Shown one piece after another: positions 39,900-53,624 of a stretch of 64,000 bases of DNA; position 1 is the stretch's first letter; each line of letters begins with the position of its first letter. The notes beneath the pieces are model-generated. The model saw nothing but the letters and a program-made list of their open reading frames with translations. It did no database searches and was not told the origin of the DNA. Location: assembly GCF_009834535.1 (NCBI RefSeq), contig NC_045698.1, forward strand, positions 15,068,001-15,132,000, written 5' to 3'. Both the position numbers and the translations under genes were made by a program. Source of the stretch: Camelus ferus. Taxonomy: Eukaryota.

Positions 39900-40830
39900 G
39901 TTCTTGGGCAAAGCTTGCAAGGCAGATTTCTTTCCTATGTGGTCTGATTAGGCTGTTTGGGTATTTCAGATTTTCAAGAGTTTCTTTCTACTTTTCTTTG
40001 TTTTCATACTTGCTTCCTTCCTCCCATAATTCGGGCCTTTTGTAGAGGAATATTTTATTCTTCTGACTGTACAATCCTTGATTGTGTTGAGCCTGGTAAG
40101 GAAATTGAATTGGGATTAAGAATTGTTTTCACCATTCAGTTAATAGATTTCTTTGACTGCTTCTATTAGTGTAAGATATGTAATTCACATCTGTACATGA
40201 TTTTCCCTTTTTCATGTTTCATATGTTTTACTTACTCCAAGGAACAGGGCTCTAATTTTCTCTCTGCCTTCAGGGGGACAATTGTCTTTCTGTCTATGTT
40301 GATAGAAATTTTTGTCTTTTTTGGAATCAGACTTCTAAATAGTATTTGTTTTCTGCCCTACTTTATTTTTTATTTTAATTTATTATTATATTATTTAATT
40401 ATTTTATTTTGGTGGGGGTCATGTAATTAAGTTTATTTATGTTTAGAGGAGGTACTGGGGATTGAACCCCGGACCTCGTGCATGCTAAGCACGCCCGCTA
40501 CCACTGAGCTCCACCCTCCCTGCTCTGCCCTACTTCAAACTCCACTCTCTGTGGCGATTGCTGTGCATACTTCATACACCTTCTGAAGTTTATTTGTACA
40601 AATCAGAATTCTCCCAATGTTGTTCAAGAAAGGTTTAAACTTTTATGAATTGTCCAAATCAATTATATCTTGTCTGTTCTCTTTCCAGACTTATATTGCT
40701 GCTATTTTAATTTTTCTAATTCTTTGTTGGTTTATGTTTTTTTATTTTATAACTTTATTATTATTCTAGTGAATCTTAGGGGGGGAATGGAAGTAAACAC
40801 ATATGTTCAATCCAAGTGTCTTTTCCAGAT
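39900..40830 (-). mobile_element. Ancient L1/HAL1 5' end fragment
   Basis: ggaagtaaacacatatgttcaatccaagtgtcttttccaga resembles the antisense 5' terminus of L1ME/HAL1; left boundary uncertain. Confidence 0.5.
40364..40520 (-). mobile_element. tRNA-Ala(AGC)-derived SINE (vic-1-like), copy 1
   Basis: Minus strand GGGAGGGTGGAGCTCAGTGGTAGCGGGCGTGCTTAGCATGCACGAGGTCCGGGGTTCAATCCCCAGTACCTCC + A-rich tail; exact 12-bp TSD tctgccctactt (40352-40363, 40524-40535). Confidence 0.92.
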
Positions 40831-43709
40831 GTCTTTTGTTTTATTGTTATTTTTTATATTCAGCTTTAAATTACTTCATACCTCTCTGCAAAATTAATGT
40901 TCCATTACTTTATCCATGTCTTGCTGAGTGCATTTTAAAACACCACGAGGATCTACAGACAGAATTCAGAGATCTTTCTTCTGGAACCACTTTCTGCTTC
41001 TGTGCTTGACTCACATTTTCTCAAGCATGACGCTGTCTCGTCCCATCCACACAGTGGCTGATGCCAGACTCCCAGCCAGACCACTCTTACTTTCTTCTTG
41101 CCATTGTCTGAGCATATGTGCTCCTCCCCTTTACAACTGTGGGCTTCTGGAGGGGTTCCTTTATTTGTTCAAGTCAAATAAGATTTAGTGTTAGGGTCAA
41201 TATTTGTTCCTAAATCCACTGATTTCAAAGCATAAGCAGTTTGCATTATACAAAGATGCTCTATAAGTGGAAGTTCAAGTCTGGAATCCTCTGGATTGCA
41301 TGTTTATTACAGTAAGACATTACATAACAGAGAAGGTACAAACTTTTTTTTTGCAAAAATAAAAGCGCTCTGTACTTCCCCTTTGTAAGTAAAAATTATA
41401 TATTCAAGAGAAAGATGAGGGGAGAGGAACTGGCATGCCAGAGAATTCTTGAGGAAAAAATAAACAAAAATTTACAAATATCCTTTCTCCTTATTTTTTC
41501 TATAGATTTGTGCCATTCTTTACTACAGGCATTTTATTCTAAGTAAAATTCAATAATCTGATTTTAATATAACTGTCTATTGATTTGTATAACAAATCAG
41601 TAGTATCAACTGAAAACAATAACATCAGTTTTATCTAACTTCTAGAGATGTGCTTACATTTGATGCTAAGGAAGGAATTTTATAGGGAGAAATATTCTAA
41701 ATTTTCTGAGATGTGAGTTCATTTGAGTTTTTTTTTTTGATAAAGTAAAACCCTGAAAATATTTCCTTTTTCTGTGATTTGAAGAGTCTACTCCAGCAAA
41801 CTGTGTCTCTAGCATATAAAAATTAAATTATGAGAATCTGTTTATTTTTCTGGAATCAAAGTGAAGGTCAGATGTCACTGGTTTCTGCTTAGGAAATCCT
41901 GTGGAAAATATTGAAACAAACAAGCTGCACCACTCCGGTTAAAGGCACTGCATGTTATACGGGGAATTTCTGAGAACTTTGGGTTGTGACAAGAGTGAAT
42001 ATGTAAATTTATGTATGTTATTACTAGAAAACACCAAAACACAACTGCAAAATAAATAAAAGCAAATATAATCTGAAAGGTCCTAGATATTTACTTCAAA
42101 GATTGTTTCTACTTAATACATGTGATGTCTACAGCAATACTGACCATAGCGTTTTCATAGCTTATTTCATCAAAATTATGTTTCTACGAATTCTCAAATA
42201 TATAATGATGGCTAACTCATTTTGTTAGTTGATACAGAAGTATATATTCAGCAATGTAAAGAACGTCTTTTAAGTATAATTAACTATCTCTTGGAAGACA
42301 TTGGTCGGTGATTGTACTATTACAGATCTGTATTGTTCAATGTCTCCTTTGAGAGAAGTATATGTCAGCATTCTCAGATAGAAATAATCCATTCTATTCT
42401 TAAGGGACTTCAGAAAACACTTCAGAAGAGCTGAAAATAACACATGTCAAGTTTTAATCAAGAAATCTGAAATATTTGTTGGATGACATGTAGATGAAGG
42501 AAAAGTAAAAACTTTAAAGTTACCTCTTATCAGAATAAATTACGTTTTTATATCAAACCAAGAAACTACCTCAACATTACTACATGTCACTACTGTAGAA
42601 ATAATTTCTTTTTATAAAAATATTGTTCTCAATATGAAGTAATCTTTCCTGCCTCAAATTGTTTGACTAAACACTAGAGATATTTTATCTCAAATACATG
42701 CTGGTCTGCTCCCATGACACCAACATTTACTACAATAGGATATCTTCCCTAGTTTGATTCCTTGTTATATATTATACTACATTTATTATCCATCTCTTTA
42801 GGGTAATAAAAGTGTCTTGTTATGTGTGTGGTCTTCAATAACTGCCCTTGGCTTAATCAGGGAATGAAAGGAGTGTCCAGCTGAGAAAATGCCAGAGGCA
42901 TTCAAATGAGCTGTATGCCATTAGCAGGCATTATTTACTCATAAATCCCATATTTATTGTGAGCACTTCATAATTCCAGAAGGTGATCATAAAGTTGTCT
43001 TGGCTTTGTGTTGAAACAGTGGCAAACAGAAATTGCTCTCATGAAATCGTTAGACTGAAGCTCAGTTTGATGGTCTGAAATAGATTCTCATGTTGAAAAG
43101 AATATCAAGTTTTTGGCATTCTTCAAGCCACTCAATCCCAATATGGAACACGGCTAAGTACTGTGTCAAAAATTCAAATTGATTTTGTAGGCATATCATA
43201 GCAGGAACACTAGGAAGGTATGAGTTGCTTCAGAATGGCTGGTGTGTAGTCGGCATTCACATCATATCTTTGATGTTGCATGCATTGTTATTCCAAAATC
43301 ACCTGGTAAGATCAGAATTCTCTCTTTTGGACCACAAGCTATTGATTTTGAAGCTAAGCTTCTCAAATTCTCACTCATCAGGAACTTCAGAGAGAGAGAC
43401 AGAGATAACGACATACACATGTATTTCTCAAGGTATTGAAGTTTTAAAGCATTATCTGTATAATGGACTATTTCCTACTTAGCAAGTGGGAATATAATCT
43501 ATTATATCCATATTTTGAAAACCATTTGGAAGTATATAGGTTGACTTGTTTGTTAAGGGACTTAAAAATGAACAAAACCATTAAGCTAATCATTCCTCTT
43601 TGGGAAATCTGTTGGAGTAAGACATTCTTAAAAATGTTTGCTATGAGGAAATTTATTCTAATGCTACCTATAATAAGCATAAATTAGAAATATAATTATC
43701 ATAGTGCAT

Positions 43710-43900
43710 TATTAATATTTATTGAGCGCTTATGTGATTGACCCTTGTCTATTCCTTGCCTTATTTAATCTTATCAACAATCTAATAAGTTAGGGCCAAC
43801 TAATACATGCATTTTGAAAATGAAGTAACTGAATCTCAGAAGAATTGTGTAAACTGAGCAAGTCTCGCACTTGAAACATGCTTTGAACACAAATCTGATA
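43710..43900 (-). mobile_element. MIR
   Basis: atttattgagcgcttatgtg...cattttgaaaatgaagtaactgaatctcagaag. Confidence 0.7.
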
Positions 43901-44156
43901 TTTTTAATATTTATGAGTTAGAGAACTCTAAAGTCATTTTGACTACACTGCAAAAGTCTTTAATAATAAAGTTTACTGTAAAACAACAAATTAATATGTC
44001 TGCTTGTATTTTGTATGAATCTTGCTTTCTAACTAAAACATGCAAGAAATACTCACTGAGCTTAAAAATTAACCAATTCTTTGTCCGCAGCTTCATCAAG
44101 CAGTGTGTGTAATGAACTTACTCTCAGTGGTTCTTGAGATTTCCCTCTATCTCCAG

Positions 44157-44820
44157 GCAGGGATGGATTTATGGGTGAGACACGAGTGCAGTTCTGCAAG
44201 GTCAGAAAATCCTGCACTTGAGGTTGAATGCTTCACAGCTGCAGTCTTGAAATTCTTAGTAATGTTATTTTTTGAATTTGCATTTTGTAAGTGAATTCTG
44301 ATAAAAAAAAAAATGGAGCACGTGTTGGGGATTTGAACACTGAACTCTTGAGGTCCTCACGGCCTGGGGGTTTGTACCACACAGGTCCCCAGTCTCACTG
44401 CCTTTGCCCAGTAACCTCTGCCCCCTCCACTCCCTCTGTGTGTCGGCATCAGGACGGTGAATGGCAGTGGCAGGCCCTGCCCCAGGCTGGCAGTGCCAGG
44501 GTGGTCTGGTGGATGACTGAGTTGAACCTCTTGCCAACTCCTGCTCCAGGACTGAGTGCACTGGAACATGAAGGTTCTGGGCTATTATGATGTGAGGAGA
44601 GACAACGTGGCCATAAAGCTGTGAATGGTGTGACTGCTATAAAGATACCAGCAGCCACTGGCAAGGATCCATGTTTCTCTAACATAGCACAAAGCGTATG
44701 GCCGGAAATCTCCATGGAGGAAGAACACACACAGTGAAGAGAAAGGATCCCAGTTGCTAATGATGCTAACAAAATAGATGGAGGGTGATGTAGGTCCTGC
44801 AGCAAGTCCCCCCCGCATTT
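44157..44820 (+). mobile_element. MER45-family (hAT-Tip100) DNA transposon fragment
   Basis: cagggatggatttatgggtg..gtgcagt start and gtcttgaaattcttagtaat..tttgaatttgcattttgtaagtgaa match recalled MER45B/C 5' end; GC-rich interior; right boundary uncertain. Confidence 0.7.
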
Positions 44821-46769
44821 TATGACTGACCCCTTTTCACTATTTCCTTATCCAAAAACAGATTTTATCTTTAATATCTCATGCTCCTTTTAGATTTATC
44901 ACTGTATAATTATGCCTTTTTTTAAAAGCATATTAATAGGAAGAGAGAATGAGGTTAATTTCAGTTTGCCTTTTCTGAAATTTCATTTTAGACACAATGA
45001 CTAGCTAACTATATACATCTTTATTAACAAAAAGTGCTTGACTTCTTCTGTTTGCTTTCACGTTTCCATGCACTCTGCACTCTGTAATACTTACTATGCA
45101 AACTTTATTTGTGCTGTACTTACCACAAAGTCTTGCTCTGAGGTCAAAAAATTCTTGTTGACTTTTAACTTTTCAAAATTGCATTGGATTCTCTCTTTTT
45201 CTCTCTCCATCTCCTCCTTTCTCCAAATTAAATTACTATTACTTATTTACTTCTTTATTTAAATTAAGATTTTATTTTTCCTATTCCTTCCTTTTATTTC
45301 TACTTGCAGTCATAATCCTTATATTTTATCATTTAAAGATATTGTCCAAACACATACACACACACGTGTGCATACACACACACACACAGACAGTCTTTAA
45401 TTCTAATAGATAGGGCTTGAGCAGGAGAGAAGACTGGCAGGGACCAGTTTAATTCAGATATGTTTGTTACATATTCAAGTGGAAAAGAATAAGCTCTTAG
45501 ATAAAAGAAAAAAAATTGTCTGGAACTTAGAGGAGGCAATGGAGTTGAAGATAGAAATGGAAGGCCTCAGAAAATATTTTCAGAGACCCCAGAAGCTGGA
45601 TTATATTCTTACAGGGAGAACGTAGATGAAGAGGAGAGAACTTAGGATACAGCTCGATGGCAGCCCTCAGTTAGGGATGTGGCAGAGTGGAGGAACTCAG
45701 AGGAGTAAAACAGTATTCAGTATTGTAGTTGGGGTGGGGAGGGACAAGCGAAAAAAAGCCACAATATCAAAATAAACACAAAAAAAATCATAGGTCAGTA
45801 AGCATTAATGAAAACTGGAGAAAAAAATGTTTTAAGAAAAATAGGCTCACCAGCGATGTCAAACGCCCTGTGATATCAAGGATAAGGGAGACAGAGTAAG
45901 GATTACCGATGGTGGCAAAATGTTAATTAGTTGTGAGTTGGGTAAGTGTTATTTCAGTGCTCTGTGAGCCAAAGCTGGAGTTGCTGGGACAGAGAAGAGG
46001 TGATGGGTAAGGGGAAACAGTATGTTTACACGGTTCTTACTATTCATTTTGTTGTGGCAAGTAGCAGAAAAATGAGGTAATGGCCAGAAATCTGTGTGCA
46101 TTGAGCAGATGGTTGTTCATCTTTATTTTGCGATTTAAGATGGGATATTACATATGTAAATACTATGATGGGGAAAGAAAACTAATGACTGCAAGAGTGA
46201 GGTCCTTCTACAGGTAAGAAGGGATGAACCCCAGAGCACAGGTGGAACGGCTGGGCTTAAACGTGGGCGAGCTCCCTTTCCTGAGTAACAGCAGATGTGG
46301 CCAAGTGTATGTGGGCTCAGATCTTTCCAGGCTGGATGCACACATTCTGTGTCTGCCCTGTCTGTGAACTGTGGGGTGAGGTAATCAACTGAACATGGCG
46401 GGTGAAACATTCCTCTGGGGAATAAAAAATGTAACAGTCAGAAGAATTGTCTGGGCTTATGGAGTTCAAATTTGAAAATGCTTTCATAAATTTGAAATGA
46501 ATCCAGTCATCACAGTTTCTCTGGCAATAATCAGCAAGTGTAGATTCATAAAATGGACAGCTAGGTCTGCCCGCTGTCCATGTCTTGCCAGAGAACAACA
46601 GAAGGATGAAGAGTCAGAGGGAATAAGGGGTGAGCAAAACCAGTATTTGGGGGCCTGCCTGATGCAACCTGAGCCAGGGAATAAGATGAAAATATAATGG
46701 GGTGTCCAGGCTCCTTCCCACATCCCAGTTCTGAGGTGACCTGGAGATGCCATGAGCAAGTGCGTTCAT

Positions 46770-47210
46770 GCTGCCAGCCTCCGGCGCCGCTGGTCCTCAG
46801 CTCACTTGTCTCAAGGCTGTTTCTAATACTTCAAAGTTTGGCTCAACTTACCTTCAGCACAGTCTGCTAGCAACTGACAAGAATTTAACTCCCCCCATGC
46901 AAGCAAGGATTTAACCCCTCACAATGTAAACCTTAACCGATGAGAGTGGAGTCATTGGGTAAATTCACTTTTTACATCCCTCCGTGGAAAATTCTGATGT
47001 GTGCTTTAACCCAGTTCCACAGAGAGTCCCCAGTAAAATGGTGCTCCATTTGTCTATTGTAAGTAGCTCACTATTAGACGTTTTATTGGCTTTTCTCCCT
47101 TCCCTGATTCTCTTTCCCCACATCCTTAATTGTTGTTTTTGGAATCACCTCCAAAATAATCTACATGCAGCCAAGAGCTTGCCTCAGGGTTTCCTTTAAG
47201 GAAGCCAGAG
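46770..47210 (+). mobile_element. ERVL LTR16-like solo LTR
   Basis: tttattggcttttctcccttccctgattctc..ggaatcacctccaaaataatctacatgca..ttgcctcaggg. Confidence 0.8.
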
Positions 47211-47539
47211 GGTGGTGATGGAAATTGATGTGTTCGAAACAATGAGTTAGAAGTACTGTTGGACTGAAAAGCTGATTAACTTGTTGTACTCAATCGTGTA
47301 GCCAGGAAAGGTGGGAAGTGTTGTTTGAAGAACGAGAAGTAGGAAAATAAGATTTTAGAGGTGGTGAAATGCCAAAGTTGTACCTAGATGATTTGAAATA
47401 CAAACAGATGGATATTTTGCTAAGGTGTACCTGGAAAACTCTGGTGAGAAATATTAGTCAGAGTATCTGTCTGGATGCTGAAGCTGCTAAGAACATAGCA
47501 GGGGTTGAATGATCTAATTTAAATGAAGGAAATATGGAA

Positions 47540-47950
47540 AATTTCATCACTGGCCCCTATTCTTCTCCATTCCCAGTATCCAAGCCCTTTGTCAGATGAT
47601 CGCCCTTCTGACAAAAGGGGCCGAGTGCACTTCCTACCTCTAGCTCTGGCTTTGGCCTTGGAACTTGGTTTGATCAATAGGAGGAAAAAGTGATGTTGTG
47701 CCAGTCTTGAGTCTAAATCTCAGGAGTCCACACATGTTTATATTTGTCCACTGCACTTTTGCCATGAGAAGAACATGCCCAGGTCAGCCAGCTGTTCTAA
47801 GAAGCAGGAAAGACACTCAGAGCTCCAGTCCATCCTGCTTTAAAGCAAAGCCTCCAGCCATCCCACAGGCATATGTGTGAGCCCAACTTACATCAATGAC
47901 CCAGCAGACCTATAGGTGCATGAACTACAATAATAAATGATCCTTTTTTG
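47540..47950 (+). mobile_element. MaLR LTR (MLT1H/I-like)
   Basis: ctttggccttggaacttggtttgatcaatagg; gccatgagaagaacatgcccagg. Confidence 0.75.
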
Positions 47951-49489
47951 ACAAAAAAAAAAAAAAAAAAAGGGGAAGAAGAACATGGTGGCAGGGGTTT
48001 GGTGATTAGGATGCAGAGCTAAAATCATAATTAGAAGGTGCAAATGAGAAGGAAATTGATAGAAAATTTAGGCTGATGACATTTGATTCAGAGGTGATAG
48101 GACACATGAAGTGAGAAGAAAGAGAAACTCTGAAAGCTACAAGAGAAACGAAGGACACCCAATGCAACGTGGAACTCTAAATTATTTGGATATGAGCTTA
48201 AAAACATGCTTGCACTGTGAGTGCTGCTAGAGATCAGTGGCTTCTGGAGGCAAGAGAATTCCTAGAGCAATGGACTATTCAAGATATTCAGATACTATTA
48301 CCTCCTCCCAGTAAGAGGCTGACTCACAGCCCACTGCCAGGACTGAAGCCCTAGTACTGTCGGTATGGGGCTCTGCAGGGACGTGGGGGATGGCTGGATG
48401 TGAGATAAGATGTAAAGACCCCAAAGCCATTGGTCTTTTCAATAGGAATTAGCAAAAACTCTATAGGAGTTCCAAACAGCAAACTGTTCACAATAAGAAT
48501 ATAGCTTTTGGTTTATTTTGCAAAAGAAATTGAGGTCAAAACCAATCATCTTTACTGTGCTACTAATGTGTTGTGACTCTGGGCTAGATTCTTAATTTTT
48601 ATTTTTCTTGCTTTAATTTCTTCAGCTTGAAAAATATAGATGGATATCATTGTGAGTTAATTAGTTAGTTTTCCAATGTAGAACATTATTAAATGTAGTC
48701 AGAAGCCCTAATTACGTTGACAAAAGGGCAGTTTCGGGCTAGAGGACATTGTGTTCATGATAAGAGTGGCAAGTGCCCTTTAACTTCTTAATTTCATATA
48801 AGTATCTTGTCTTCGTTAGCAAAGATGTCTCCTGCTTTGATGCCTATAAATTGAATAGATCCTTTTAGCTGATGACATTGGGATCAGCCAAGTAGATATT
48901 TGTTAATGTTCTCTATGTAACTTGATGTAATTAATCCCAGGATAATAGACAAAGTGATGTAGCAAATAGTGCTTATGATCTAGGGTCAAAATAAATAAAT
49001 ATAGTGCTCCGTAATTGTGTAACCTGGTGCTAATCACTTACATGCTCTGAAATTCAAGTTTCTAATGGCTGAAATGTGCATAATCATTTTTCATTCAAGA
49101 TAGCTATCTGGCTTCAGTGATATCTTAAAATATTTAAAAATATTTTTGACCTGCAGATGAAAAAACGAGCATCGTTACAGTGTGCTTGTTCTAGTCTCCC
49201 AATCAAACAGAAGAAACAGATCACTGTTCTTTCTGCGACTGAAGAAGATTATTGCTGTGCTTTCTTCCCTGCGCCTTAATTTTCTGAAAATTTTCATTTC
49301 TATTATAGAAAGAAAGACTGCTTTATTAAATGCATTTGTTCATCCGTTAATTCAATGATCCATCATTCAATTCTTTAAACAAAAATTGATCACGGGGTAA
49401 AGAAAAAAGTATGAAAGGCATATACAAAAACAACTATAATAGAGTGTGCTATTTAAGACAGAGAAGTACAAGAAAATTTATCTCAGAAG

Positions 49490-50030
49490 GTTGGGTTAAT
49501 GTCTTGAATAACAAATTGTCGTGTAATAAATTTCTACAATCGTAGCAGATTAAAAATATGCACATATCTCATAATTTCTGTAGGTCAGGAGTCCGGGCCT
49601 GACTTAGCTGGACTTTCTACTGCGGATCTCACAAACTTGCCACCAAGGTATATAGTCTGTGTTCTTGTTTGGAGGTTCAGCTGGTAAACAACCTACTTCG
49701 AAACTCATTCAGGTCATTGGCAGAATTCACTTCCTGTTGGCTGTGTGACTGAGGGTCTTGGTTTTCTGTTGACTGTCAGTTGGAGGTTTTCCACAGTTCC
49801 TAGCAGTCACTTGTCATTCTTTGTCATTTGGGTTTCTCCCACATGGCCACTTACTTTATCAAGACAGCAAAGAGGCTTGTCACCCTAGAGAAGGCCAGTC
49901 CTTCTGTTAGGAGATTTAATCTGATTGTCAGGTCCACCCACAATCATTTCCTTTTTGGTTTTCTCAAAATCGGCTGACTCTCAAACTTAATTACATCAAC
50001 AGAATTTCTTCATTTTGCCATATTTCCATT
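49490..50030 (-). mobile_element. MaLR LTR (MLT1E-like)
   Basis: tttctgtaggtcaggagtccggg..; gattgtcaggtccacccacaatcatttccttttt. Confidence 0.8.
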
Positions 50031-50047
50031 GCTCAGCTCTTTGTATT

Positions 50048-50048
<1 letters not shown>

Positions 50049-50101
<53 letters not shown>
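50049..50101. repeat. (TTG)n microsatellite, ~17 perfect units
   Basis: Direct reading. Confidence 0.95.
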
Positions 50102-53100
50102 ATTGTAATTATTCCAGCCAGCTTCGGGTGCTAGAATAGTTAAGAAAAGGGTTAGATAAATCAGGGTTGAGGGTCTGCAGGTAAATAAAATGAAGAGAGA
50201 TGAAAGATGAGAGCAGAGGGTTTGCAGAGATGTATGAGAGATGATTATCCTGGATCATGGAGTCATAGTTTAAAGAAAAGAGAGAGAGAACATGTGGCTG
50301 GAGGTGAGGAGCAGTGAAGGACAAAGTGTTATAATGTATGGTGCTACAGAAAGACACTTAGAAAGATAGAAGGTGAGAGATAGAAATGTGGATGCAGTAA
50401 TGTGGTTGCTAGGAATGGTGGAAGTACAATCTGAACTCCATTGCTGAGGACCCCACTTCCACTCCAGCCCGATGAAGACGAAGTTCTTTACGTGTGTACG
50501 TGGTGGCACCAAAGTACCAGGAGGATGCATTCCCAACAACTCTGTTGCTTCTGGGTCACGTTCAGGAACTCGGGTCACTACAGATGCTCCTGGGCATGGA
50601 TCCAGCCTCCACATTGCTGAGTTCAAGCCTTTTCCATAAGCCCAAGCCCACCCCTAGCCTCCCCACCAGCCAGCTGGTGGAGGTCATCTCGTGGCTTCCA
50701 CAGTCCTCAGGTTCTTCCATTCTGTTTTCATCCTTAGGGAAAACCAACCAATCTTTGGCTTGCCTTTCCCAAGTTATCATCCTCTTTATTTCTAATGTGG
50801 AACACCTACCTATTTATTCAGTTTGAGGTTTTATAAAATACTGGAAAAGTCTTTCACCTTAAGCAGCTTCTTTCTGGTTTTCTATAACAAATGTCCATTG
50901 AGCAAGAAAACAGAAAACCATTATCTGATTGAAATTGTAGAAGCAAATATACATAGAAAAAAAAATGTCCCTGAATCCTGTCCCATTTCCATACGTATTT
51001 CTGATCAGCACCATCTGTATTTGTGGGTGAAGTAGTCTGTTGTGATATTACATGCCCTGAAAAGATTTTCAAAAAAGACTTCTGAATGCCTTGTCAAAAA
51101 TGACTGTAGTTTCACTATTAATTGTCCATTCCTTTGGGCTAACATGGAGTTCCTACTGAAATGCAAACATTCTTAGAGAAAATAGCACTGCTATTACCAG
51201 TTACTATGCCTCAATGTAAATTAGTTTGTCAACTTTGAGAGTATGACCACTGACAGCCAGTAGACTGCATCTCATTAAGATTGGTTATAAGATGTATTTT
51301 TGCTAGAGGGAGGGGGTGAGGAAGTTTCTGAGCCTAATTGATATTCTCAGCCTAATTCACAGTGTGGTCTTAGGAGCTGTTCCTACCTCTGGAATAGAAG
51401 CAGCCAGAAAGTGAAGCATTGCAGAAATACTTCCTTCTTTCATTTATTTTCTAGTTATAATCTCAATTTCCAAAAATAAAAGGCTGTATAATGTATTTCA
51501 AGTTCTTCTTTATTAATAAGATCAATATAGAATTAATAAAAGCAAATTAAAAGTGAACCTATAAAGGGAACAATCATTTGTTTGACATGAGTAAACAGTT
51601 TGGCTTTTAATATAAAATATTTTTACAAAAGAAAATTATGCTGAGTGGCACTCAGGGTAATTCATTTTTCAGATGCAACAGCTTCAAACTATCTATGTTT
51701 CTTGGGAAAAAAATTACTACTAGTAATTTGTTTTAATTTTATGATCCAGGGCCCAGTTATAGGTATTACAAAAGCTATTCAGCAGGGTGACACTTTGCTT
51801 TCTGTCCTCTCAACAACTCCTGGTTGGAGAAACAAGGGCACAGATGGTAGGAAATTTGTAGCTGCTGTGCTTTTTAACATCATTACGGTGCAGTTGACAA
51901 GGCTGCAAGAGACTAGCTTATAGGCTTTGAGAGTCAGGCAAAGGGTTTGAACCTACACTGTAAAATCCTTTAGTTCTGCCCTCTTTACAAAGTCTGGCAA
52001 ATCATTTATTTCACTAGGTTAATAGAGAGCCATATAGTGAAGGGAAATTGATATCCCATGGGTAAAGATTTAATAACTGTCTAGTGCAGTCTAGGGCACT
52101 GTAGTACTACCTTCCAGCTCTTCTTTCCCCGCGTCTGGTCCTGGAGTGGGTGAGGTGCACATCTATCCATAGTTTCTCATTCTTATGAATTGTAAGGTCC
52201 TTGAAATTGAAGGCATGACTTAGTAAAACTTTTTCTTTTCAAGGAGCAGGCACACAGAATATGAGTGTTGATAACATTTCATGATTAAATTCATGTTTCT
52301 CTAATTCAAGCACTGAGTTTCTCCTTAGCTTTACACTAAGAAGACCTGACCACTCACAAGATTCGGTAAAGAACTCACTTCCTTGATTACATGTGTATTT
52401 GCATGCTACTTTGTACCTGATATTAGCATGAACATAGCTAAATATAATTGTGCTGGGTGTGTCTGTACACGTGTGGACGAATGAAAGAGAAAGGGTATTG
52501 CTAGCAAAGGATGCTGACAGCTGGGGGAAATGCAAGAGGTCCCACGGACAACCTCTATTATTAGTAGTGGAGCTGAGGAAGCTCTGTATTCCAGTGATGT
52601 TTGTTTTTTTTCTGTTTTCTATCCTCAGAATTATGTCTCTGACTAGCAACCCTCTGATTGGTTATGTATTAATTATTAATTATCTACTAATTATCAATTA
52701 TTAATGCAAACTCTCTATATGTTTAGTAAAATTTACTTGTATTTTATTAAACATCTTGTACATTATTTATTAAAAATGTTGTGTAATCTTGTAAAAATAT
52801 TAGCAAAGGTTTACATGATGATCTTTTTTTTTTTTTCTTGATCCTAAATATATCTTAGACTTTTGGAAGAAAGGACCATTTTAATGTATGCAATTTTCCT
52901 AAACTGTGTATGTGAGAATTCATATGAAAAGGTCAGGCTTGCCAAAATTGTTAGATACATAAATACATACTAGTGAAGATATTGAATGATGATTCAGAAT
53001 GATAGTTCAAATTGGAACCATGAATGGAGGAATAGGGAGAAGGGCTAGTTAGAGAAATATTAAGTTTTTCTAAAGGGATCTGGGAAACAGTACCTTTTAA

Positions 53101-53624
53101 ACATGGCGCACATGAGAGTCACATGAAAAGGGATTGTAATAAAGGGGTTTTGATTTTTCAAGTCTAATGCAGGATTACAAACCAACACTGGAATCATCTG
53201 TGAACCACACCTAATCCTTGCTTTTGTTCAACTTACTGTGTCTAACTCGGAGAAACAGATTTTGGAGGGACAAAGGAAAAGAAGTTTGCAATACCAAAAC
53301 TGTGAAGTAAACCCTGCTGAGTTCTCCTCTTTGAGTTTCCTGTGTACTTGTGGAGTATAATTCAAAGCATTTCATATAATCTGCACATCAAATAATTCAC
53401 ACTGAAATGTACTTATGGCATTAAAAATATCTCGCCAAAAGCTATTCTCCATAGAAAAGAGTGAATGTGTGCTCCCAAACTTGTAACTTAAAGTAAGAAC
53501 CTTTTAAAATCCTTTGAATATTGGATGTGACCCGTGTATAAACTAGATAGTCTCCTATTCAAAGACATTTGAGGGTATTTCCTCAAATAGATACTCTTAT
53601 TTGGACTTAACAATGTTTTGTCAC

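Larger units (their letters stand above)
45410..48270 (-). mobile_element. Fragmented L2, interrupted by LTR16 and MLT1
   Basis: gatgtcaaacgccctgtgatatcaaggataagg; gatgaaccccagagcacaggtggaacggctgg. Confidence 0.6.

Noticed and set aside
40448..40520. tRNA-Ala(AGC) gene
   Set aside because: A-rich tail, TSD and altered acceptor/D arms show it is a SINE head.
44265..44818. Cluster of five overlapping ORFs
   Set aside because: Explained by the GC-rich interior of a MER45-like element; no coherent protein.
52239..52649. 136-aa minus-strand ORF
   Set aside because: Non-ATG start, no recognisable domain or splice context; consistent with a chance ORF.
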